From: Eledone cirrhosa
Taxonomy: Eukaryota
DNA length: 64,000 nt
Direction: 5' to 3'
Assembly (NCBI GenBank): GCA_964016885.1
Contig: OZ024743.1
Location: 310,558,001-310,622,000 of the forward strand
The notes below the pieces were generated by a model. That model was not told the DNA's origin. It did not search any database and saw nothing but the letters and a program-made list of their open reading frames with translations. Both the position numbers and the translations under genes were made by a program. Shown piece by piece: positions 40,527-53,935 of this stretch (position 1 is its first letter; every line of letters begins with the position of its first letter).

Positions 40527-41697
40527 CTATTTTCATCCAAGTTACCAGGCAAAGCCAGGACGCTGGAAACTTATTAAAAAATAATTCAGTGGATAGGAAA
40601 TAGCAAAGCGTGGACTGAATTCCCAGCCATTGAGAAAATCACTGCCTCTACGTCTGTGGCAAATTCAAAAAGAATCAATCACGTGACATCGAGGTCAATC
40701 AGTGGAAAGTGGTTTGCTAATAAGACGGCGGCCTACCTACTACCATAGCAGCAGTCATGGCCAATATTGCTCGACAAATAATTTGGAGATAATAATAAAG
40801 AATTTATATCTAGTAACATATATATACATACAGATGCATATCAATGCTAGCAGATATATAGGTTTTGTCTTAGTAACATTGTGGTTCAATGCATGGGGTT
40901 GCAGAACAATAATATGAGAAACGTAAAATAAGAAAATTATGAAATTAACTTACTTACTAATATATCACTTCCAACTAATTAGTTTCTGGAATGGAGTAAA
41001 TATATTTTCCGAAGAAGATATTGAAAAGCATTCCGACGTCAGGGAAGTCTATTTTCATCCAAGTTACCAGACAAAGCGAGGACGCTGGAAACTTATTAAA
41101 AAATAATTCAGTGGATAGGAAATAGCAAAGCGTGGACTGAATTCCTAGCCATTGAGAAAATCACTGCCTCTACGTCTGTGGCAAATTCAAAAAGAATCAA
41201 TCACGTTACTAAGACAAAATGTTACTAAGACAAAATGTTACTAAGACAAAATGTTACTAAGACAAAACCTATATATCTGCTAGCATTGATATGAATCTGT
41301 ATGTATATATATATGTTACTAAGACAAAATGTTACTAAGACAAAATGTTACTAAGACAAAACCTATATATCTGCTAGCATTGATATGCATCTGTATGTAT
41401 ATATATGTTACTAGATATAAATTCTTTATTATTATCTCCAAATTATTTGTCGAGCAATATTGGCCATGACTGCTGCTATGGTAGTAGGTAGGCCACCGTC
41501 TTATTAGCAAACAACTTTCCACTGATTGACCTCGATGTCACGTGATTGATTCTTTTTGAATTTGCCACAGACGTAGAGGGAGTGATTTTCTCAATGCCTA
41601 GGAATTCAGTCCACGCTTTGCTATTTCCTATCCACTGAATTATTTTTTAATAAGTTTCCAGCGTCCTGGCTTTGCCTGGTAACTTGGATGAAAATAG

Positions 41698-41779
41698 ACT
41701 TCCCTGACGACGGAATGCTTTTCAATATCTTCTTCGGAAAATATATTTACTCCATTCCAGAAACTAATTAGTTGGAAGT
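41698..41779 (+). ncRNA. Type-I hammerhead ribozyme
   Basis: acttcc-CTGACGA-c GGAATG...CATTCC a-GAAA-ctaatta-GTT-ggaagt, with palindromic stem III AACTAATTAGTT. Confidence 0.88.
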
Positions 41780-42218
41780 AATATATTAGTAAGTAAGTTA
41801 ATTTTATAATTTTCTTATTTTACGTTTCTCATATTATTGTTCTGCAACCCAATGCATTGAACCACAATGTTACTAAGACAAAACCTATATATCTGCTAGC
41901 ATTGATATGCATCTGTATCTATATATATGTTACTAGATATAAATTCTTTATTATTATCTCCAAATTATTTGTCGAGCAATATTGGCCATGTCTGCTGCTA
42001 TGGTAGTAGGTAGGCCGCCGTCTTATTAGCAAACCACTTTCCACTGATTGACCTCGATGTCACGTGATTGATTCTTTTTGAATTTGCCACAGATGTAGAG
42101 GCAGTGATTTTCTCAATGGTAGGAATTCAGTCCACGCTTTGCTATTTCCTATCCACTGAATTATTTTTTAATAAGTTTCCAGCGTCCTCGCTTTGCCTGG
42201 TAACTTGGATGAAAATAG

Positions 42219-42300
42219 ACTTCCCTGACGACGGAATGCTTTTCAATATCTTCTTCGGAAAATATATTTACTCCATTCCAGAAACTAATTAGTTGGAAGT
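42219..42300 (+). ncRNA. Type-I hammerhead ribozyme
   Basis: Same as 41698-41779. Confidence 0.88.
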
Positions 42301-42469
42301 GATATATTAGTAAGTAAGTTAATTTTATAATTTTCTTATTTTACGTTTCTCATATTATTGTTCTGCAACCCCATGCATTGAACCACAATGTTACTAAGAC
42401 AAAACCTATATATCTGCTAGCATTGATATGCATCTGTATGTATATATATGTTACTAGATATAAATTCTT

Positions 42470-42544
<75 letters not shown>

Positions 42545-42777
42545 TATATCTATCTATCTCTCTCGCTCTCTCTCTCTATCTCTCTCTCTCTCTATAAATA
42601 TATATATATATATTGTTATACTTGGGGAGGGTCATATTGTTGTAATAATATTGCCAGAAATAATAACAGAACATACTCACTGTTTGGTTGGTTTTAGCCT
42701 CTGTATCTATTATATCTCCATAGTTAATTTATTTGGCAATCAATACTTTTCATTGACTAACTAACGGTTAGAAATAC

Positions 42778-42882
<105 letters not shown>

Positions 42883-43074
42883 CAGTTCAAGAGTAAACCA
42901 ATCTTAAATAGAGAGATTGAGATAGGATAGGAGAGATTGGTGAAGGCATTAGAAGCCAAAATCTTAAAAGCGGGTGCTCGATGTGCAATATGCAGTGGAA
43001 AACAGTTGTAAAACTGGATTCATGCGAAGGTTAGGTGTACATAGCTGGAAATATTCATTAGTACACACCAGCCG

Positions 43075-44100
43075 CATAGTTTAAACAATCCTACTCCTAC
43101 TAATCGTAATCGTAATTGGAACTGCCGTAACCCCAGTGCGTGCCCGCTGAACGGGCAGTGCCTTACGCCCAATATCGTATATAGGTGCATGGTTAGAACG
43201 GCCTCATCTACTAGCTCTTATATTGGCTCTACATCTAACCCCTTTAAGGTTCGCTGTAATGCGCACACATTTTCCTTCCACGACCCTAGCCATAGATGCT
43301 CAACTTCTCTAGCCAGGCTCATTAAAAACTTTAAACTAGCCAACATTGAACATCCACTAACTTGGGATATCTTAACTACATCTCCAGCGTTTGATGGGAG
43401 AAGAAACTGTTGCGATCTCTGTCTTACCGGGGCCTATCAAATAACTTCGTCAAGGCCACCCCATCAACGACTGGAATGAGTTGGTCATCCACTGCCTCCA
43501 CCGCAGAGCGAGCTCCTTCGCTAACAGAATATTCGACCCAACTTAGCATATCCTTAGTCATGCTCCTCCCTATAACTAACAAACCAAAGGCATCGTTATT
43601 CCACCACATAAACACCTATAAGTTACCTCCCTCGCATTATCTTAGTTACAAATCTCATTGTGACTATACCTATAAGCTACCTCCCTCACATTATCTTGGT
43701 TACAACTCTCATTGGGGCCTTTAGCTCTTCAAGGAGTTACCTCCCTTGAAACCCATCTCTATATAATAAGGTAATTTTCCTACAAGAAGCCATATAGTTA
43801 TGTGATAGGCGCCATTGTTTAGTTTCAGCCTCGACAGATATGTAATCTTTGTTTATACCACACACTTGAGTTCTCCAGTGCTAAGGGACCCCATCTAGGG
43901 AGCTGCTAATCTGAGGAGACTTTACGGACACGTAACCCTCTTGTTTTATTGTTATTTCTACTTTATATATATTAATAATTTCATTATCTCATCTCAAGTT
44001 CCGAGGATCTGCTCCATAATATTATTTTATGTTACTTATCTTTCTCTGCACCAAATCAATAACGATCTTACCATCGATTGATCCAGAAACATTATATGGA
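43075..44100 (+). mobile_element. PLE 3' fragment: GIY-YIG endonuclease remnant plus pLTR
   Basis: NCRNPSACPLNGQCLTPNIVYRC..YIGSTSNPFKVR..H..SF, LTWDIL, CDLCLT. The 3' boundary is approximate. Confidence 0.8.
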
Positions 44101-44154
44101 GTAGTGAAACAATTCTAAACTGACATTCTTATCCTCTCTTTTTATCCGTTCTTG

Positions 44155-44760
44155 AACGATTAAATGAACACAGGCGAGAGCTTCAAGATAGAAAAGATTC
44201 TTCAGTACTCCACCGACATGCTAAAATAGAACATAAGGGCAAATTAGAGAACATAGAATTAAAAATAAAATCTACACACAGAAAAGACGCAATGTTTAGA
44301 CAAATCAAGAAAGCAATAAACATAAATGAACTCCAACCAAAATTAAATAGAAAACATGAATGGAATAGCAACATTACAACTTACAATTAAGGACAAAATG
44401 AAAACACACACACAAACAACCAATCAGTAACATGTAAATAAACAAATGAATAAACAAATAAAAACACACACAGACACCCGGATGTAACACATACGCAAAT
44501 GAAACACACAACACACACAAAAACAAGATGGCGCAAGACAGAACAAAGGAGAGGCACAAAACAAAGAGAAGAATCCTCAGTCACTGAAGACGTCACAGAA
44601 TGTGTGACGAAAGAACTTTGACAATATATGAACAACCGTCCGGTTGTGGAACCAACCAACCAACCGGAACTTTATAAATTTAATTTATAATAAATTGGAG
44701 TGAAACAACTGGTTCGTGTGTTTCTTATTGGCAACATGACCCTCCCAAAGTCTAACAATA
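44155..44760 (+). mobile_element. PLE 3' fragment (GIY-YIG C-terminus plus pLTR) with HHR at 44580-44622
   Basis: ERLNEH..SSVLHRHAKIEH..FRQI..AINI..LNRKHEW. gtca-CTGAAGA-c GTCACA gaatg TGTGAC-GAAA-gaa-CTT-tgac. Confidence 0.85.
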
Positions 44761-44977
44761 TATATATATATATAGCCTAACAAGGTTGTTTCTTTTATTT
44801 TATAAATAAAATAAAAATGGCGTAAACATTACAATACAATAGGAGGGAACATGGTAATAGTAACACTGATAATGTTGCAGATGACCCTCACCAAGTATAA
44901 CAATATTTGTTTCGACACACTATTTCATATCAAAAACCTTGCAAAACAAATATACATATATATATATATACATATAT

Positions 44978-45180
44978 AGGAAAAAGTATGACCCCGACGG
45001 CAGAGCTCAAACCGTTTCGACGGCTATTTCTGGACTCTATTTCAGTCCAGAAATAGCCGTCGTAACGGCTTGAGCTCTGCCGTCGGAGTCATACTTTTTC
45101 CTATTTCCCACTCTACTACCCCAAGTATTTAGTTCTCTAGTGCATTATGGTCCATCTGGTTCCTTACCACAATTCCTTTA
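44978..45180. repeat. Fold-back mini-element centred on HHR stem II
   Basis: ggaaaaagtatgac..ctatttctggact / agtccagaaatag..gtcatactttttcc. Confidence 0.85.
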
Positions 45181-45181
45181 T

Positions 45182-45235
<54 letters not shown>

Positions 45236-45236
<1 letters not shown>

Positions 45237-45365
45237 TTCACCGTATTTTTTACTAAAGAAATTTTAGTCTGATAATGGGCTTTAGAACCCTCAGATAAAT
45301 GGAAAAAGAGGGTTCTAAACCCATTATCAGGCTAAAATTTCTTTAGTCAGAAATACGGTGAAAAC
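45236..45365. repeat. ~58-bp-arm hairpin adjoining (TA)n
   Basis: tttcaccgtattt..agaaccctc / gagggttct..aaatacggtgaaa. Confidence 0.85.
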
Positions 45366-45607
45366 TATTCTATTTTCTAATTTCAAACCTACATACACTA
45401 TCTAAAAACTAAAAATAGATCTTATACACTTAAATGGGAAGTGATAGGTAAGGCGGCATCGTACAAACCACCTAATAAATTTTGTAACCTGTCTACTAGA
45501 GACCCATACTATAACCTCCTTAATAAAAAATCGGAAGTGTTCGCGTCGTGCCAGCACCGCTTCCGACACTCCTTCCAAAACTTTAAACCCAATATATAGC
45601 AATGTCA

Positions 45608-45703
<96 letters not shown>

Positions 45704-45719
45704 ATATATATATATATAT

Positions 45720-46520
45720 TTCCTTTCTGAATTTGTTTAGCAAGATTCTTTATCTGAAAACGTGTGTTGAAACCGATATTGTTATCCTTCGGGGGGTTAT
45801 GTTGCCAATAAGAAACACACGCACCAGTTTCTTTCACTCCAATTTATTATAAATAAAATTCATAAATTTAAGAAATTTGTAAATTTCCGGTTGGCTGGCT
45901 GGTTGGTTCATATATTTTCAAAGTTCTTTCATCGTACATTCTGTGACCTCTTCAGTGACTGGGGATTCTTTTCTTTGTTTTTTGCCTATCCTTTGTTCTG
46001 TCCTAGGCCATCTTGTTTTTGTGTGTTTTGTATGCTTAGTTTGCGCATGTGTTACATCCGGGTGTCTGTGTGTGTTTTTCTTTGTTTATTTATTTGTTTA
46101 TTTACATGTTACTAGTTGATTGTTTGTTCTATTTGTGTGTGTTTTCATTTTGTCCTTAATTGTAAGTTGTGGTGTTGCTATTCCATTCATGTTTTCTATT
46201 TAATTTAGGTTGGAGTTCATTTATGTTTATTGCCTCTGTGATTTGTCTAAACATTGCGCCTTTTCTGTGTGTAGATTTTATTTTTATTTCTATGGTCTCT
46301 AATTTGCCCTTATGTTCTATTTTAGCATGTTGGTGGAGTACTGATGATTCTTTTCTATCTTGAAGCACTCGTCAGTGTTCATTTAATCGTTCGCCTATAC
46401 TACGAGCCGGCTCACCTATGTACACTATATTCTTATCTTTACATTGTCCCTCAGTACATCTTATGCTATACACTATGTTTCTAGTTTTGCAGTTAATATG
46501 GGGGCTTAGTTTACAGATTG
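45720..46520 (-). mobile_element. Second copy of the same PLE 3' fragment, inverted relative to 44155-44760
   Basis: CKTRNIVYSIRC..C..VYIGEPARSIGERLNEH; FRQITEAININELQPKLNRKHEW. Confidence 0.88.
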
Positions 46521-46789
46521 AGAAGAAAAACATTACGCATTTAAAAGACAGAAATGAATCTCTAACGGGAAAATATATCATTACGATACAATATAGGAGG
46601 CTTAACAAGGAAATACGTCTAAATTGTAGCCATCTCTCTTCTCTCCCACTTTGAAAATTGGGGTTATCACTCAACGATTGCTATTGCTAAAGTGACTTTC
46701 TAGATACCCAGGCCGTCCGGCACACATGAGTCAGCCAGAGAATACCTTCTCTATTTAAGGATTTATTAAAGATCTATTTTAATATCTCG

Positions 46790-47730
46790 GGCCGACTATT
46801 ATCCTTTCCAGAGTCATTGCCACATTTGGGCTATTTAAGTGCTCCTATGATCTCAGCTACTCCGGTAAAATCTATGCTAATTGTGTAGCAAATACATGTA
46901 GGGATATTGTTGACTTTAAGCTAGCGGGAAAACAATGGGGTTTTCGCCCTGGACGTAGCACTGAAGACCAAATATTCACTGCTGGAAGGCCTATGGTGCA
47001 TTGACTCTCTGTCAAAGGATGTATGCTTATTTTGTAAACTTCAAAAAGGCATACCCGTATGACTGCATTCTACAAAACCTGCTGTGGAAGGGTCTGCAGG
47101 TCTTTGTGATCGATGGAAAGCTTCTTGGTGCCCTGATGTCTCTATATTCATGTCCTAGTATTTATGCGCGGATGAATAGTACTTAATTGAAACCATTCAA
47201 TATAGAAGTTGTATTATGGCATGGGGACAGACTGTTATCTTCCTTGTTCATAATCTTCATGAACAAGTTTCAAATGCGAAGCCGAGTTGGAAGTGGTATC
47301 AAGACTGGTGGATGTAAGATAAGTCGGCTGGAATTTGCAGAAGATACGCTACGACTTACCCCGTCAGAAGGTGATATCCAACATGCAGTTCATAGGTTTG
47401 ATGCCAAGTGCTGCATGGCTAGAACGAAAATCAGTGCTGCCAAGTCAAAAACACTCATCCTCTCAGGAAACCTACACCGTGCACTCTATATGTGAGTGTT
47501 CCAGTGAAGTAGGAGAAGATGTTCAAGTAACTAGGGCCTGTGTTCACGAGTACTGGAAGGCAGGAAGCTGAATTAAGTGCAAGAATTGCAGGAGCTGGTG
47601 CAGCAAGGCATCAGTTTAAGAATTATGTCATCAGAGGTAGGGAGGTAGGTGTAAAAGCCAAATTGGGTATCTTCAATTCAGGATTCATACCAACCTTTAC
47701 CTATGGACTAGCTGGAAGGCGTGTATGAGG
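46790..47730 (+). mobile_element. Highly decayed RTE-like LINE RT fragment
   Basis: QWGFRPGRSTEDQIF, FVNFKKAY, LSSLFIIFM, LEFAED, ELSARIAGA, IPTFTYG. Confidence 0.8.
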
Positions 47731-47820
47731 ACTTTATCCCTACGAGTCTACCATGAATGAGTTGGTGGAGAAGAAAAAGAAGAAGAAGGACAACACAGAT
47801 ATTTTAACATATACAGTCAG

Positions 47821-47864
<44 letters not shown>

Positions 47865-48010
47865 TTATATATATACAAATATATATACACCCATATATAT
47901 ATATATACATATATAGTCCTGTGAAATTCACGGACAAGAGAAAGTGTAGAGTTTAAATATGTTTTATTACGGCTAAATGTGGTGTTTTGTTACTCTGTAA
48001 CTCTCTCTCA

Positions 48011-48093
<83 letters not shown>

Positions 48094-48534
48094 ATTTTAA
48101 CGGTAATACATTGGTCCGGCAAACCAAAGGTGTGGGTTCTTTTCCCATGTACGCCAATGCTCATCCTTTTTTCTATTCAGAGGGTTTTTAAAATTCCAAC
48201 GAACAGACTAATTCTATTTAGTCAAATACGGCGTAAGCACATGTTACTAACTAATTTTCAAATTCACGTTTGCAAACAAAACCTGCTTTGTGTCTCCCTA
48301 ATTATATAAAGGGAATAGTAATTTGTACATATTTAGGCTAGCTAAAATGATTTTACTTGGTACGTTATAAATATGGAACCTCTCTGTTAAAAAATATTTT
48401 CAAGCCGCGTCTCAACAAGATAAAATAGTTAGAGATAGAAAGAAAAGAGTTAGATGTTTTGCCAATATATATATCGGCAAAATACCTATACTTTGTTTTG
48501 AAGCATATATATATATATGTGTGTATATGTATAT

Positions 48535-48656
<122 letters not shown>

Positions 48657-49129
48657 ATATATATACATATATATATCACAGATATGCGTCAGTGCTACCA
48701 TTTGTGTACAAGCATGTGGGTTGCAAATAAATTTGTTGTGCCATTGTTATTACTATATGCCCATGTTGCTTACTGATTTGAAAAATACCGTTTGTTGATC
48801 TGGATTTTATTTTTCTATCACATTTCCCACCTTTACCTATATTGGAATTTTCTTACGATATTGATGCCATACTGTTTCAGTTTTTCCCCCATAAATTCTC
48901 TCAATATCTATAATATTACAGCGGTTACTTAGCATCTAACAGATGTTTCCGAAATTTTAGCATCCAAAGAGTAAGTTTTCTATAGTTATTTCATTGCTGA
49001 AGAAAACATTCCCATCGAGAACAGTCTGCGATAGTCACTACATCTGATGAATACAGCAGACCGGGAATTCATTTATTACTTGCCATTCTGAGTATCCACC
49101 ATTAACTTACTCTTTATAAGTATACGTTT

Positions 49130-49530
49130 TTAATAATTGTTTCTACTTTTGGCACAAGGCCAGCAATTATCCCAGTGTATTACTGGTACTTTATTTTATC
49201 GACCCCGTAAGGATGACAGGTAAAGTTATTACATTTCTAATAATAGTATATGCTTGTATACGAACAACATGCTTTGCGGCCCTTTACGCTCTGCATTTAA
49301 ATCCCGCCGATGGTAGATTTGCCTTTCACCCTTACGAGGTCCATAAAATAAAATACCAGTAATGCACTGGAGTCGATTTAACCGATTTTCCCCTCCCTAA
49401 AAATTGTTGGTCTTGTGCATAAATCAGAAACCATTATATATATGTTAGGGCGGTGGATTGGCAGTGTCGGTAGAGCGTTGGACATATGCTTTCTGACATA
49501 TAGTTACGTACTTTTAACTTCTGAGTGTCA
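49130..49530. mobile_element. Cluster of three tRNA-SINE fragments (49130-49225 minus; 49260-49435 and 49447-49530 plus)
   Basis: Same core and head as 29449-29640. Confidence 0.75.
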
Positions 49531-49899
49531 TTGACCATATCCTCGGTTAACACATGTAATTAAATTGAGTAGACGGAAACTACCTAGAAGCCCGTCGTAT
49601 GGAATGTACCTGTAATACAAAGTCCTGTTACATACTGTATTACATTGAATATTCCTGAGAATTACGATAGGGATACACGTGTCTGTGGACAGATCAATCA
49701 ATTGCACATTAACCTTAAAAAATGAGTAAAATAAGGTAAAAATTGCAAACTGTTTTGTTTCATTTTTTTTTCTTCTATTTTTACACTTCCTTAATTTCAA
49801 CTTTTGTATTTCTAATTTGCATTGAACCAACTAATCTTGAAACTTAAACCTCCACATATTTGACATTGTTTATATCAATTAAAGTACTTCGTAAAACCT

Positions 49900-50200
49900 C
49901 ATGGCTTAGCGGCTAAGGTTTTCGACTCTCGTTTGTGAATTCGATTCCCGGTGATGTATTTTGTCCATGAGCAAAAGCAAAATACTAAATTTTACGTTAT
50001 TTCAGTCCAATGAGTTGAAAATCACAATGAGCTGTACCTGTGATTCAAAGGACGAGATTTGATATGCGCTGCGTTACGCCGAAACACATTGAGAACTACG
50101 TTAAGTGTACGCGTGTCTCTGGACTGCTTAACCATTTAGATGTTACTTTTACGAGTTGCTTGATGAAACATCAGGAACAGACGCCGTCGAAATAAAACAG
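49900..50200 (+). mobile_element. Decayed tRNA-derived SINE (second family)
   Basis: tggcttagcggctaagg (A box)..gaattcgattccc (B box). Confidence 0.55.
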
Positions 50201-50358
50201 GATCGAACACTGCTTTCATTTTACCAATTTACATTAGCCAGAATTTGGTCACAAGATGAAACCATTTTATCCGAAATTGCTGTCGGATAATTAATTATAC
50301 GGTAACATTGCTCAGAGACATATACTCTCTCTCTCTCTCACTCACTCTCTCTCTCTCT

Positions 50359-50420
<62 letters not shown>

Positions 50421-50859
50421 TATAATCTATAAACTATAATTCCTTGAAACAACATTCACAACATTGCAATTATCAGCGTTATTATGTTATATTAAGATAT
50501 TTGTTCACCAACAGTATATTGGCAGGAAGATATTTAGTTCTTCAAAATATGAAATTATCTACAATTTGACGAATAACAACGTCACTTGACAAATATAACA
50601 TTTAATTTCAATCGATCTCATATATTTATATATATTTAAAACATATATATAGAGAGAGTTTTAAAAGATATCCCTTATCCGGCCTTCTGTTGTTTTAATC
50701 AAATTATATATATATATACATGTGTGTGTGTATATATATATATATTGTTATACTTTAGGAAGGTCATGTTGCCAATAAGAAACACGCGCAGCAGTTGCTT
50801 TCACTCCAATTTATTATAAATTAAATTTATAAATTTAAGAAATTTGTAAATTTCCGCTT

Positions 50860-51147
50860 GGTTGAAAGTGTGAGAGGAATAAGTAAAAGGCACAAGTAAA
50901 AAAGATCACAAGCAAAAATAACACAGGCAACAAAATTATAAACAAGGAAAATTGGTGTACAATGCAGGAGTCAATACAGTCCATAAGGCATGTATGAGGA
51001 AAGAGTTATAATGCCTTATTGACTGTATTGACTCCTACATTGTACACCAATTTTCCTTGCTTATAACTTTTTTGCCTGTGTTTTTTTTTTGCTTGTGATA
51101 TTTTTGCTTGTGCGTTTTACTTATACCTATTACACTTTCAACCAGTG
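50860..51147. mobile_element. MITE-like fold-back element, ~130-bp arms
   Basis: ggttgaaagtgt..ataaggcat / atgccttat..acactttcaacc. Confidence 0.75.
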
Positions 51148-51375
51148 CTGCCTGTAATTGTGTTATTTCAAGCAGAACATCTTTTTAACTCCTGACTCTC
51201 CACATGATGACTATGACACTAACAACAATTATGAACCCTAAATGTTTTAAATGACTAGGATTTTAGTAATATGTTTTGACATTCCTTATGCTCCGATGAT
51301 TCCAGACTTCCCTCTGGAAGAAACAATGTTCAGCAAATAAATGTTCTAAACTAAAATTTCATCGTTTTAACACGT

Positions 51376-51451
<76 letters not shown>

Positions 51452-51469
51452 ATCATATAAATGTATATA

Positions 51470-51950
51470 TCATAGTCATCATCATCAGCATCATCATCAA
51501 GTACGTCCGCTTTTCTCTGCTTGCGAAGGTGGGACGGGTCCTATTCAGCACAGCATCTCTCCATTCGTCACGGTCCTTCGTCTTCTCGGTGAGCTTCAGC
51601 AATCTGAGGTCAGCTCTCACCACCTCCACCAATGATTTTCGTGGTCTTGCTCTACTGCATCTTCTTTCTACTGGGATTTCATGGCACTTCTTTACCCAGC
51701 GGCCATCCTCCATGCGCATCACATGTCCATACCAACGCAGTCTTCTCTCCCGCACCCTACAGTTTATCTCTCCTATACACAGTTTCTCTCTCCACTCGTC
51801 TATGCTTGGTCGTTCGCGCACATCCATCGGAGTATGATTGCTCCATTTCGCTCCAGCCATGGAATATCCTCCGCAGTTGCTGCCCATGTCTTACTACCAT
51901 GAAGCATCGCGCATCTCACACTGGCATCATATAACCGGCCTTTCGTTCGT
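51470..51950 (-). mobile_element. RTE LINE 3' fragment with (GAT)n tail, related to 3416-6905
   Basis: RERRLRWYGHVMRMED, RARPRK, DRDEWR. Confidence 0.88.
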
Positions 51951-51974
51951 AGGGGGCAAACTCTTCTTTGTCTA

Positions 51975-52500
51975 CATATATATGAATGTACGTATTGTAT
52001 ATTTAATAATACACTCTTAGTTTATTTTAAAACATTTTGAAGGCCTTTCGCTATGAATTTAAGGTAGCGATTATAGTCCCATTCCTAACTTCAGCAAAAA
52101 AAAAACAAAAAAAAAACGAAAATAACCGACGATCGTTTGGCGCTGGTTAGTGGTTATCAAGGTTATATATCGCCTCTATTTTCGCTGTAGGCTCTAGAAG
52201 CTGTATTCTTATAGAATGCAAATTATGTTTATGAGCTGCTTAAACTCATCAACATACAGAGCGATTGTCGTCCAAGCAGCAATTAGAAATTAGTGTTGGA
52301 GCTCTGAAATAGCGATGTATATATGAATGTATGTATTTACTGATATTTTGTATGTTTATTTTAAAACATATTGAAGGCCTTTCGCTATGAATTTAAGGTA
52401 GCGACTATAGTCACATACCTAGCTTCAACAAAAATAAAGGGAAACAGCCGACGATCGTTTCTCGCTGTTTAGCGGTTATCAAGGTTATATATCCATCTGT
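51975..52500 (-). repeat. Retrozyme-like ~340-bp unit (~1.5 copies) with U3-A8 HHR at 52446-52486
   Basis: gaaggcctttcgctatgaatttaaggtagcga at ~52039 and ~52373. aacc-TTGATAA-c CGCT aaac AGCG a-GAAA-cgatc-GTC-ggct. Confidence 0.82.
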
Positions 52501-52522
52501 TTATATATATATAAAAACACTG

Positions 52523-52565
<43 letters not shown>

Positions 52566-52570
52566 CACTG

Positions 52571-52627
<57 letters not shown>

Positions 52628-52628
52628 C

Positions 52629-52731
<103 letters not shown>

Positions 52732-53299
52732 TATACATGTACTTCATAAATTATACATACCGAAAATGTTGACACTGTTATAAGTAATTGTGTTAAAGAT
52801 TACATTTAAGCGAATATTGAACAGTGTATATTTTTCTTTCGCGGGCCTAGTAAATCCTTTAAATTTGTTTTCATAAAACTCAGAATTTTAGAAATGTAAC
52901 ACATTTAAAAAATTTATAAAATTTATAAAATTAATATAAATAACCATCAACTTTTAAAACCTAAAATTTTGATTCTTCACCCTAAAATAACATAAATTAA
53001 ATATTTTGAAATTTAACCGCTAAGTCTATATGTGGAAAATTTTATCTCACCCTCTCTTTAATTATCTATCGGTTCCTTTCGTAAGCCAAAAACTGTAATA
53101 AAATTATAACTCCAGAGACGTCTTCCTCTATAATCCTAATTTGTAGTATCCCATATTTTAAAAACTATATAACTGTTACATTAAAGCAATGTTCTTCTTA
53201 CTCATACCTTCTCTATTGATTCTATTAGGTTTTCGCATTTTCTCATTATTAGGGTATAAATGTTGAGTTTTCTCATAAGTTAATCACTACCTTGATTAA

Positions 53300-53935
53300 A
53301 TATTAAGTTCACTCTTTGAAGGATATGCTTTTGCAATCCAAGAACAGGAAATCAATACAAAATACCTGATTCACCAAGCGACAGTGATGCAAGCAAAACA
53401 CATAGATGTGACAACAAATGCAGACTCTGCATAATTAACATTGAAGATGTCACCCATGTCATAAACAGCTGTCCAAAAAAGTCATCATGGTACTATCTAC
53501 CTATTAGACATGATGTAGTGGCCAAACAACTATACAATGCAATCCGTAGAAAAAATAGCTCCGAAAATAACCATATTAAAATGTACAGCAATGTGGAAGA
53601 CATATACATACACAATATGAAGGAATACTGGTGGAATGTTTCAGTCATAAACCCAACTAAATGCAAACTTATCAGACTAGACAGTAATAACGGACAGGGA
53701 AAAGAAGACATGCACAGTAGTGGAAATCAGCTGCTTATCATATGTCAATATAGTACTAAAGATTAGTGAAGAAGAGATCATATATGCTGAAAGTATGGGG
53801 AATATGCAGATACTCCACCCTGATTACTCCTATGATACCTGTGATAAACCAGAAAGAGCACGGCTAGTTAGGAAGTTAAAATCTATTAATGAAACTAAAA
53901 GCATGTAAAACATTTCAGAAATTCAGAAAATAGTT
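53300..53935 (+). mobile_element. R4/Dong-like non-LTR retrotransposon 3' fragment (zinc knuckle + restriction-like endonuclease)
   Basis: EGYAFAIQEQEINTKY, CRLC..IEDVTHVINSC, RHDVVAKQLY, WWNVSV, VEISC. Confidence 0.8.

Larger units (their letters stand above)
40392..42475. repeat. Retrozyme-like array: ~522-bp HHR monomer, ~1.55 copies then ~2.2 inverted copies, in (TA)n
   Basis: Period 522 (40445/40967) and 521 (41698/42219). Inversion at ~41205 with reiterated 16-mers. Confidence 0.93.

Noticed and set aside
41205-41360. CRISPR-like array
   Set aside because: The repeats have no spacers, the context is eukaryotic, and there are no cas genes.
46156-46520. In-frame TGA after EH in a GIY-YIG as possible selenocysteine (known in Naiad PLEs)
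   Set aside because: It is not at a Cys position, the sister copy has AGG there, and I could not identify a SECIS. A SECISearch run on the family consensus would settle it.
48995-49070. Isolated CTGAAGA/CTGATGA motifs (also 12955, 39315, 43911)
   Set aside because: No matching GAAA with closed stems could be built.
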